The notes beneath the pieces were generated by a model that was not told the origin of the DNA, searched no databases, and saw nothing but the letters and a program-made list of their open reading frames with translations. Positions 49,844-61,181 of a stretch of DNA of 64,000 bases are shown here, in pieces (the stretch's first letter is position 1; the number at the start of each line of letters is the position of its first letter). This DNA comes from Mytilus trossulus (lineage: Eukaryota), in NCBI RefSeq assembly GCF_036588685.1, contig NC_086380.1:38564001-38628000 (forward strand), in the 5' to 3' direction. Position numbers and translations under genes: made by a program.

Positions 49844-52800
49844 CACCGTGTAGAACGCCACATGCGGGGTGTCGGCTATGTTTGACACGGGGTGGCAATT
49901 TCGAAGCGAAGAAAAATTATCAAAGTAAGTTCAAGTATCAAAATTTCTTTATTTAGAATTCTAAGTACCATATAATGTACTGCACGAAAGGAACTGAAAC
50001 ACAATCTATTTCCTGTACGCAAAATCAGTCGTTTTCAAGTGCTCTGTTTTTCCAAACACCCCCTAGTTTTCCGTGTTGCAGATTTTGAGGCTTCATATGC
50101 AAATTACTGGATAAAAAACTATTTTAGACGACTTCCCTCTGCATCATTTATATAGAATTGAATTCCTTTTATGGAATTTAACAAAATACCAGCTTCATAC
50201 TTAAAATGATTTGGTCTTAAAACTAGTTGTTCATTAAAATATAAAGTGTCGCTCGGGGTGTCAGATTTTGCATCTCAAGGGGTCGAGGCTTCCAATAAAA
50301 AAACGAATAGATATGCATATGAATCATGTAAATCTGTCTTTTGACTGATTCCTTTTAATTCAAACACAACTACTATATTATGATAACAAATAAAAAACTA
50401 AAAGTACTTCATTTTGTCTGTTTTTTAGTCATATAAGATATGTGCTTTTGATTTCATAAACAGTAAAAAATGATTCAAAATATTTTTTCACAGGTAGAAA
50501 AAAGATTTCTTTTCCTTTTCAGTTACTACCACGGTTAGAAAAAAGTCACTGACGTGGCTAAATGCACCGAAACATGGTGAAAAATCACAGAGCAGGCCTC
50601 CATATAAGATTTTGTCGAAGCCAACAACAGTCAAACTCCATCAAAATTCACCATCAGGCTCCTATCGAAAGCGGACGTACACACCGCAAATAGCTCTTTT
50701 TCCAAAACGAATTCGGTTACTCTCGTCAATGAAACACTCACCGGTATCTTTATCATCAAATGGCAATACAGCTCCGAGGAGACCTGCAGACGATGATATT
50801 TCTATTCTTGACCATTTCAAAACAGCGATTTAAAATCTTGAAAAAAAATTCAATTTGGCCGCTGATTTCCTAATTTTTATCCAAATGGTAAATTTAATAG
50901 GTGGACCATAAAGTATTAAAATATTGCAGAAAGCTTATGTGAGCGCAGAATGGTCAATCCTCAAGACGAAGAAATGAGTTTTGAAGTTCCAAGTCATAAG
51001 ATTCTATCAGACTTCATCGCCATGGACTTTGATAATTAGTATCCTAACGTCTGACCTCTGTTTAAGATATCTTGGTTCTAACATTGAAACATTTCATCAT
51101 GTTCCAAGAGGCTGACATGGTTTCTTTGATACAAGATGTCTACTGTGCTTCCATTAACATAATGGGAGTTTGTTCCAAATATGTCACTGGCACTAGAAAG
51201 AACCGAGTTTATACAAGAAATGCAATTTCCACAAAGTTCCGTTAGCTGAAACAATGAAACACTGACCACAAACACAAATCTCTATTGATGCAAATTGTCA
51301 CCCGCCATTCCTTAAAACTTTTAAAGACCAAACTTTTGGCGGATGGCGAGATCTTTACGGCCTTTCAATCGTAGACCTAAATCTTTAGGCGCCTCATGTG
51401 CTCTTTGACAAAGAAAAAGTTCAAAAACTTGTCTATATCCAATAAGTGTTTGCTTTGTATTTATTTGGTCTTCTAGTAGTGTTTTTTCTTTCCTTGATTT
51501 TTTTCCATCTTCAAAACTGTCAGCACATAACATAAACTAATAACTTTGTTGGTTAACTTACATTTTCAATACAGGAAAAAGAATGCCTGGTCACATTTTG
51601 GGATATCAAGGTCCATGGCGACGAGGTCATACTTTGGTATATAAATATTTATTGCGATGCGGTCTGATAGTATCGTTTGATTTGAAACTGCATAATTAAT
51701 TCCTGCATCTTGGGGATCGCCCATTCCGCGCTCACACAAGTTTTCGGTAATGTATCCAATAATTTTTGTCCACCCATAAACTATAAAAATTCACCGTGAA
51801 AAAGTCTGTAGCTAGTTTTCCAAAACCTCTTAAGTAGTTGTTTCCCGATACCATAATTCTGAGGTTATTTTTGTTGACATAAATCTGACCGTCCCAAAGA
51901 AAGTCGAAGAGAAATATTGCCGAAAGGATATTTATTTGCTTTTATCGTTCGGGTAAAAGATAGAAAATCAACAGCCATAATATATAAAGCTTTTTAAGAT
52001 TTTGAATCGCTTTTTAAAATAGAGTGTCATCGGCTTCATGTCTCCTTCAAGCAGTATTGTCATTTGATGAAAAAGATGCATCTGAGAGAGTAATCTATTT
52101 AGTTTCGGAGGGAGTTGTTTTTGCAGCATACACAGACGTTTTTGAGAGGAACCTAATGAAGACCTTTGATGCCAATGATAGAGTTTTTAAAACTGTTGGT
52201 GGCTTCGGCAAAATCTTATACGGAGGTCTGCTCTATTATTTTCCTCCATGATTCTGTGCATTGAGCCACATCAGGGACTGTATATCTGACCATGATAGTG
52301 ACTGAAAAGGAAAAGGAATCATTTTCTAGCTTCAAATCAAGATATCTTGATTCACGTTTAACTATTTATGAAATCAAAAGCACATGTCTTATATGACTAA
52401 AAAACAGGCAAAATGAAGCTCTTTCAGTTTTTTATTTGTTATCATGATATAGCAGGATCAGACAAAAGACAGATTTACATGATTCATATGCATATTTTCG
52501 TTTTTTATTGGAAGCCTCTAACCCTTGAGATGCAAAATCTGACACCCCAAACGCCATTTTATATTTTGATGAAAAACTAGTTTTAAAACCAATTAATTTT
52601 ATGTACATGTATGAAGCTGGTATTTTGTAAAATTCCTTAAAAGGAATTCAATTCTATATAAATGATGCAGAGGGAAGTCGTCTAAAATATTTTTTTATCC
52701 AGAAATTTGCATATGAAGCCTCAAAATCTGCAAAACGGAAAACTAGGGAGAGGTGTTTGAGAAAACAGAGCACTGAAAACGACTGATTTTGCTTGCAGGA

Positions 52801-52967
52801 AATAGATTGTGTTTCAGTTCCGTCCGTGCAGTACATTATATGGTACTAAGAATTCTAAATAAAGAAATTTTGATACTTGAACTTACTTTGACAATTTTTC
52901 TTCGCTCCGAAATTGCCATCCCGAGTCAAACATAGCCGACACCCCACATGTGGCGTTCTACACGGTG
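49844..52967. mobile_element. Transib-like DNA transposon with very long inverted arms
   Basis: CACCGTGTAGAACGCCACATG... / ...CATGTGGCGTTCTACACGGTG, with 5-bp TSD AATAT. Arms are highly similar for about 620 bp (to about 50465 and from about 52360). Degenerate coding remnants lie inside. Confidence 0.85.
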
Positions 52968-54109
52968 AATATGTGAAGCTAGAGTTCGTACTAAGTTTGT
53001 TGTAAATATTTTATATATTTAGATTTGACTTAAAACTACCACAATGATATAAGAGGCGGGGTGTTACTGTTTAGTTGATATCTCAACCCTACCTTTTTAA
53101 TTCCGTACTTTTTTACAATATTTTTTTGCAAATTAAGTTTTCAAAGTGATGATCATTCACAAGTATGACTGAAGTACTTACTACGATGGTCCATTATATG
53201 TGTCCTTGCCACCAATGATAAAAACTGACCACATTGACCTTTTATATAAAGAAGAAGATCACGACCGACACTCGGCTAACCGAGAGATAGGTCGGTTAAT
53301 CTATATTGAGTATGCGGCTATATGATTATCGGCAGTAGGTCTGTTAATCGGGTTGGCTAAAGTCTGTTAAGAGTAAAACTCACAATTTGATGTTAAACCC
53401 TGTGAAATATACAGATTTTTTGGCACATTATGAGAATCACATCAAAAAAAGAAAAGTGTCTGACAAAATGATATCTATCATAGAACATTTTCCACCATTT
53501 AAAAAAATGCATAGCCTGCGCAATTTTAAGTAAAACGAAAAGGCGTCGTGCAAGTATGTGGTTTTTATACTTGTACGCATAGCAATATTTTAGATAAAAG
53601 TCCAAAAACCATTTTAAGATATGATTTAAAGGACACAGAGAAGTACTTTGGTTCTAAAAGATCAATTGTCATTGATAAATATTTCATAATTGTTATATAA
53701 GTTGAGTTATACCACATTTTAATGAATATTAGGGGAATACAGTCTGTTAATGGGTTGGACAATTTAAATCGTGTCAGTTAAGAGTTATTTAGCCACGACA
53801 ATAGTCTTACTACCTTGAGTTTATATTTTCACATTGAAAACAATGAGATGTACTTATGACGAAAAATTTACAATACGGTGCAACAGTATCCTAATAGAAA
53901 GAGCACTTTTATTTTATTTATTTTTTCTCTGCATTTCGAATTCGCATGAATTTATTATTTATGCCAAGTTATCGATCAGCCTTATTTTTTGTCTGTTCAA
54001 AGTCTGTAACATCTATAAATCTGTTATGTGTTGCAATTCAGCTGGTTAAATTCCATGCGTTTTCTTTGGAATACTAAGGCTTTTATACCTTAGGATTAGA
54101 TTACCGTAT

Positions 54110-54807
54110 GTAAGCGTCACACATTGGCGGATAGACCAGCGTGCACCAAACGTACAGAGAAAACTGACAAAGTCGGTATACGTTAGTTGCACGCCATAGG
54201 AACGCTTAGCAATCGTTCAAAGCGCGTTGCATAAGTTTGAAGTACGTCGAAATACAAAGGTAAAATTGAGAAAGGAAATGGGGAATGTGTCAAAGCGACA
54301 ACAACCCGACCAAAGAACAGGCAACAGACATAGGCCACCAATGGGTCTTCAATGTAGAGAGAAACTCCCGCACCCGTAGGCGTCCTTCAGCTGGCCCCTT
54401 AAAAAATATGCATACTATTACAGTGATCATGGACGTCATAATTAACTCCGAATTATACACAAGAAACTAAAATTAAAAATCATATAGGACTAACAAAGGC
54501 CAGAAGCTCTTGACTTGGGACAGGCGCAAAATTGCGGAGGGGATAAACATGTTTATGAGATATCAAGCCTCCCCGATACCTCTAGCCACTGAAGGAAAGT
54601 AAATACGTTTGATGAACTCTACAACCCCAGAAAGTTTTTATGCAGCATAAAAAACATACAACATACGCCAACATACGTTTCTTGAACGCCGGATACACGT
54701 TTAGCCTTAGGTACGCTTCTAGTACGCCCAATTCACGCTTAAAGCATATTGGCAGCGTAAATGATTTTTAACACCCCGGAGCTATACGCTGATGTGTGAC
54801 GCTGGTA
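54110..54807 (+). mobile_element. Harbinger-like MITE interrupting a retrozyme copy
   Basis: AGCGTCACACATTGGCGGATAG / CTATACGCTGATGTGTGACGCT inverted termini. Confidence 0.7.
54263..54605 (+). repeat. SINE-like repeat nested in the MITE
   Basis: Homologous to 16865-17070 (inverted). It interrupts sequence that is contiguous in the 43264-44550 copy (near 44445). Confidence 0.7.
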
Positions 54808-54868
54808 TTAGTTGTATTTCCTCAATGCTTTTCAACTTTGTTTTTGGCCTTTTAATCATTTTTCTTTA

Positions 54869-54912
54869 GCGTCACTGATGAGTTTTTCGTAGCCGAAACG
54901 CGTGTCTGGCGT
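54869..54912 (+). ncRNA. Type I hammerhead ribozyme, degenerate stem II (old retrozyme copy about 54060-54965)
   Basis: GCGTCA-CTGATGA-GTTTTTCGTAGCC-GAAA-CGCGTG-TC^TGGCGT. Upstream TCAATGCT.TTCAACTTTGT and 54065-54105 match the 3140-3536 retrozyme. Confidence 0.8.
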
Positions 54913-56426
54913 AAATATAAGGCGCAAATATCAAATTTCAATCCTGTTATCTATGAGGAGTTTATTTCCGGTATGTATTTTCCTTTGTACCGAGTCATCA
55001 TTCTCATTTTCTGCCGCCTAAGGAAATGTCTGCACCAAGTTCTAAACCGTGGTTCTAAACAAGAAATAGACATTAGTAAAAAAAAATTATATAAGTGTTG
55101 GGTGCTGATTTAATGTGTAACAATAAGACAATTTTATATTCCTGTAAAATCACAATAAATGCATAATATTAATTTTATTTTTCGAGTAATGATGTATTCC
55201 AATGATATTGTTAGTCATTTAGCCGACTCGCAGTCCGCAAACGTGCTTTTTTTTCTATCGAGTGACCTTCAAGGTGGTGTAGAGAAAGGTTGATGTTGAA
55301 AGGTTTGTCTACATTTGTTTGCATTATAAACATATTTCAGTTCATTTGATAAAAAAAATCAAAACATTACGAAGTTTATCTCTGATTTATGTACTTGTTG
55401 ACTATGTAAATGACAAATTGGTGCCATTCATATCAATGAAACAGAATCCACATGATATGTGCGACCATTCTTTGATGAAATTAATATTTACACTTTTTAA
55501 AAAAAATCACTTTTATCAATTTTCAGATTCCATTGTCTAAACTTATGTTTCATTGTTCATGTGTTGTTTCCATTATTCTAGCCACTAATATTGGGCCTAT
55601 CTCCTAATTCAGATAACACCCCATATAACAATTAAATTATACTTTTAATGTCATGCATAACTCTTAACAGACCAATTAACAGACCGAGTTTTATACATCC
55701 GACCCATTAACAGACCATATTTTTATTAAAACTTGATTTATGTTACCAATATACAGTTTTTCGTGTAGATTTTTTCACATATTGATGTTAATATGGTAAA
55801 CAAACAAAATGCCAATCTTTTTTCGATGTTCAAAAGATTGCATGCAAGTAAACTCAACCAACTTGTCATTTTTGTGTACATTTTGTGTGTGTAAATGTGT
55901 ATACATTTACTGATGAGTAACTCGCCTTTTCATTTTATAGATCGTTTATTGAAGCTAGAAAAAAAAAATTACACCACTGGATTCAGTACTCCAAATCAAT
56001 TTGTCAGACATGAATAGTTTTTATGATTTAAATATAATTAAAAAGTTATACAATGAAACATGCTGACCTTGCACTGATTTTCACGATTACACCTGATTAA
56101 CAGACTTTAGCCAACCCGATTAACAGACCCACCGCCGATATAGCCGCATACTCAATATAGATTAACCGACCTATCTCTCGGTTAGCCGAGTGTCGGCCGT
56201 GAAGATGTGGTATGATTGCCAAAGGAGACAACTCTCAACAAGAGACCAAATGACACTAGATTATAGGTCACCATACTGCATAGTCAGTTATAAAAGGCCT
56301 TATGTCTTTTGTTACTAATAAATAAACAGTGTTTTACGGAAAGTAGTAGTTTGAAAATACTTAGACGAGTTAATGCAAGTATTATATACATGTAGCCAAT
56401 AGTAGTAAATACAGACATTTTGTATT

Positions 56427-56740
56427 TAAGAATGCTTCTTTTTGTAAATTTATTGGGGTGTAAAAGCGTTGACCGAAGTACATTTTGTATGAAGCGCGGA
56501 AGCGCTTCATACTAAAAATGTGCGCACGGTCAACGCTTTTCCAACCCTATAAAGTTACAAAAAGAAGCATGCAATACTTATAATTACATTTTTTAGCTAT
56601 GATCATGAAAACACGAATTTTATAAAAATTTTATTTTATTTAAGAATTGAATGCTTCTTTTTGTAAATTTATTGGGTGGTAAAAGCGTTGACCGAAGTAC
56701 ATTTTGTATGAAGCGCGGAAGCGCTTCATTCTAAAAATGA
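56427..56740. repeat. Palindromic mini-element (56427-56580) plus partial tandem copy (56641-56740)
   Basis: ATGCTTCTTTTTGTAA...AAAAGCGTTGACCG...TATGAAGCGC GGAA GCGCTTCATA...CGGTCAACGCTTTT...TTACAAAAAGAAGCAT. Confidence 0.88.
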
Positions 56741-58974
56741 TATAATATTTCTGAAATTTTATGATCATTGTCCTCTACAGAAAAAGGCACGTTCTGGCCT
56801 TTTTATTATTGTTTTTTATGCATTGGTGAATTTAAATATATATATTACTTCATTAAGATTTATGTTAAATTTTGTACAAGTTAAAACCATTTTTAAGCAA
56901 TATTTTGTACAGGTTATAACATGTATGAAGTATTTTTGTACATGTTATAACTTGTATTTTTGCATTATACAAGTTATAACATGTACAATATTTTTGTACA
57001 TGTTATAACCTGTACAAAATCGCAACTTGTACACGACATATATATTCTGTGACGAATACCGCAAAACTTAACACGTGTCGCATATATATATATACCCCGT
57101 ATCGCACCCCTTTCGGAACTTCTAGTGTGTTATTATCCGGAACTCCTCAGTGGCAGATGGCAATTGGCCTTTTCATATCAAAGAGTCACCGTTCGAAAAC
57201 GAAATCAGATGTAGGAAAACTGTAGAACTGGCTATTTGAACAGAACGAGGAGAGAGAGAAGTGGAAACCAATCCTCCGATCTTTCTTCGCTCATCACGCG
57301 ACATGAAGGAGAAAGTACAAACGATAATCGGTTTGAATGTATGTTTCTGACAGTAAACATGACTTTTTTTGTGACTGAGCACGCTAAAACGTAGGTATAT
57401 TGTAAAGAACACAGCGGATATCAAATTCAATCAATCATATCTTTGTGTCCTGATATGCATGTAATATTTGCCGCTGGGTATTAAAACAATACATTCATTC
57501 AGACCTATGTAAAAAGTAGTGACCTGCTATATTTTCCTATATGAGGATGTAGTTGGGATTTAAAGAATAGAGAATAGTGAGGTGAAATAGAAGAAAACAG
57601 AATAATGGGCTGCTAAGATAAAAAGAATTGGATAAAATATATTATTTTACAGAAAATAAGAACGTCCGGAATACAGTTATCAAGTAATTAGAGAAAAGCC
57701 ATTATATCTAAAAATGAAGAATACTGACCGATTTTTTTTTTAAAGAATGCAAAAATGATTAATCCCATCCATATCTACTCTTTTTTTTTCAAGACAAATA
57801 AACAAGTATTTACATCTATCCCTATCACACAAGACTTTACATTTTTACAACTACTCAAAATATTACCATTTAAACATTCACATTTATTGTATATTTTACA
57901 AATTAATGATATCTTATATAACCTTGCTCGACAAACAATATTAAAATGCTCTGATAACATTCACAAATTTTCAGAAGTTCTTTTTCTTTTTTTTTTTTTT
58001 GGAAGGAGGGGGGGGGGGGGGGTAAAAAAAATTGGAGAAAAAATGTTTTTAAAAGGTGCAACCTAAATCAAACATATTGTAAGCGAATAAGAAGGTCATC
58101 GGTCTAGCGCTAAAACTGGATAATACGCGCTAATAGGAATGTTTCACTTTTAAGAATCCATAGCTAACACCAGAGACAAGAAAACAATCGAAAAGATTTG
58201 TTTCGTAATAGGTGCAATGTATTTCAACGTATAAGCAAATAAGGAACGAATAAGAAACTGTATCAGTCGAGTGCTGAAACGGATCCTGTCTGAACTCAAG
58301 AGTCTGTAATTAAGAGGTTGTTGTTTGTAAAAGAGTTACATATTTGTTTTTCATTAATTTCTTTTATGTTATTTTCTAGTTTGAATTGTGTTACATTTGT
58401 CCTTTCGGGACCTTTTATAGTTGTGTATGCGGTATGGGATTTGCTCATTGTTGTAGGCCGCACAGTGACCCATAGGTACTTATTTTATGTGTCAATTGGT
58501 CATTTGTGGAGAATTGTGTTAGTTGTAATCATACCACATCTTCTTTTTTTTTTATTAATATATATTTTGAGAAGAATGTCGCAAAAACGTCGAATATATT
58601 TATTTGGTTTTTGTTATCTCCATGGCACGTTCTGTCAAATCATTTGAGAATAAACATTGAAATCAGCTTTTTTTAGAACATTTTTAAACTGACCATGCGC
58701 AGATTCATTTTCACATCTACATAAAACATTTGGAATGTTATACCGATTGATTGATTGAAAAGTCGATTGCGATGTATCTAAAGCGTTTTCACTTGAAGAA
58801 CAATCGGTTCATAAAAAAAAGAAGGTCTTTTAAAACTACATCTGGAGATGGAATGTTTACGTCCTATTGAAGATCGATCTGTCTTATTTTTGCAATACTA
58901 AAGATCGGCGATCTCAGAAATGATCGATCTTTATTGTTAGTGGAAACGGAGTCTTAGATTTCTAATGATTTTAA

Positions 58975-59365
58975 GGATGTCTGCTGGTCAGGTTTTTGAA
59001 TTCTTGTCATATTTTCGATTTTCTCAGGTTTTATCCATCCAATTGTATTAAATTTTTTTTTACACGACATCCCACTTTTGTCTTCATAAATCTGTTCAAT
59101 AGATCATTTCAGATTTAGTGATCCGGCGGCATGAAATCCTTGTTATTTTTTCTTGGTTTAAAGGGTAAAAACCAATTCCAATGTTAACAAATAGTAAAGT
59201 CTGAAGAAAACCCTTTTCCCGCCATTTTCTAAATGTCTCGTATTTTGAAAACTACACACAAGACTAATGATTTTATTACTTTATTTTGTTTAAATATCAA
59301 AGTTGTTTTCATTTTAAGCAACCACATGAAATCCTTGTTATTTTAAATTAGAGCAGCAGACATCC
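58975..59365. mobile_element. Kolobok-like MITE
   Basis: TTAA|GGATGTCTGCTG ... CAGCAGACATCC|TTAA. Confidence 0.85.
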
Positions 59366-61181
59366 TTAAGCCATTTTCTTCAAAATAAAACGGGACAACA
59401 TTCTTAAACGAAATTAAAATTCATGATACCGGGAGGATAATTCTGTCTTGTCTTTCAGATATACTTTGATTGAACAATGATATGATATAAAAATGTCTTC
59501 ACTATTTTAAAAAGAATTTCTGTTCAACACATAATCACTATGAATAACCTGAAATGAAATGTTCATAGAAGAGTTCCTGTGTACATTTGTACAACGCATT
59601 GTTTTTCAACCACCGCATTTATATTACGTTTCTGTCATACTGACTGAAAACTAAGTACTATCATGTGTAGATTAATGTGACTTTATCGTAGTTTAAAACA
59701 AGCAAACAACAAAACAGCAAATGACGACAACTGGGTTGTCCCTAATTTGTAAGAATATAGCCTAAACCGACCGAACGTCTTTCGACGTTGTTTTTAGAAT
59801 TGGCGCAATGTGTTCCCGCCTATTCAATTTGTTTACCCCCTTTTAGAAATATCTCTTTTTCCATTACGGTGACCCCATCTTTTTATTTCCTTATTTCGTT
59901 AAGATATAAACAACGCATATTCTATTGAAGACTCATGGAGATATTATTGGTCAATTTTTTTTAAACTTGATTTTTATAGGTATTTCACAATAATAAAAAA
60001 AGGCGGGAAAACTATTATAGCAATTTATCGTTATCATTTTCCAATCAGAAAATGGTAATATTAGTAAAATAGTTTATATTAAAAACTAGATTAACAAAAC
60101 CGACAAGTTTTTATTGGATACGGACTTTTAAAAAAATATTACACTGCTATTGACTAGAAGTTCTAATTTCCAAATTCCGTGAAAAAGATGGCGTTTTAAA
60201 TCGAAAACGAGGTCGGTGACCTCAATTTTTTATTTGCTTATTTTAAAGCTTTTACCTAGCCTAAAGTAAAAACAAAATATAAAGAAGATATTATTGGTAG
60301 ATCTGAATAGAAGGATTTGTCTTTAACCCTGTACAGCTGCATAACACAACAAACTTATAACAAACACAAACCAAGCGACTGTATATGGCCTACATGTACA
60401 CGTATCTCGTCAGAGATTTATATATAGGCACAAACACAAAGACAAAAGACACAAAGTACTCAGATTGATCTAAGAGAATTTGTCATAATTTTAATTACTG
60501 TGATGAATTGCATGGTTGTATTCAATTCCAAACTTGTGTTTAAGGTTCATTTGCATAATTGTGTTTTAGTATAAAATTGCATGGTTGTGTTCATGCTCAA
60601 ATTGCATTGGTGTTTTAAATTCGTAAATGTGTTTAATTCCATGGTTGTATTTCATGTTTAAATGCCTGTTTACGTTTATGATCTAATTTTAAAATAAGCA
60701 CATGACATGTTGTATGATTGCCTGTGAATGAACTATTCACCAGAGTTCAAATAAAGTGAATAGAAGCAATAATAAAACGGCCTTCAGCAATGAGAAATAC
60801 CAAAACCGTATAATCGGCTGGCAAGGAAAATGTTAAACAATTGAAACAAGAAAAAAAAAAAAAAAAATTGATGAAACACAAATACAACAGAGATGAACCA
60901 TTGACAACCACTGAACTAAAGGCTCCTAATTAGGACAAGCACATACAGTAAATTGTATGTATTTGCATGCATAGCATTTGTCTTAGCATACGGATTTTAA
61001 ACTGAAATACTGTCGAAAGAAAAAATAGCCGATAGCATTCTTGAAACTACATAAGAAGACTAAAACTAACTTGGTTTAAAAAGTTTATTGATATAAATTT
61101 AGCACTTATCAACCATTATATGATTCACCATATAACAATATCAAATAATTATATACAATTACAAAATACATTGTCTTAGAT

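Larger units (their letters stand above)
53260..56201. mobile_element. Second Transib-like non-autonomous element
   Basis: About 105-bp TIRs CACGACCGACACTCGGCTAACCGAGAGATAGG... / ...CCTATCTCTCGGTTAGCCGAGTGTCGGCCGTG, with 5-bp TSD AAGAT (53255-53259, 56202-56206). Confidence 0.9.

Noticed and set aside
49844-52967. Intact RAG-like (ProtoRAG) transposon
   Set aside because: Only the heptamer-like terminus and 5-bp TSD fit. There is no nonamer and no recognisable RAG1 or RAG2 coding sequence.
57150-57300. C/D-box snoRNA or U3 on the minus strand (GTGATGA ... CTGA)
   Set aside because: No convincing terminal stem or recognisable rRNA complementarity.
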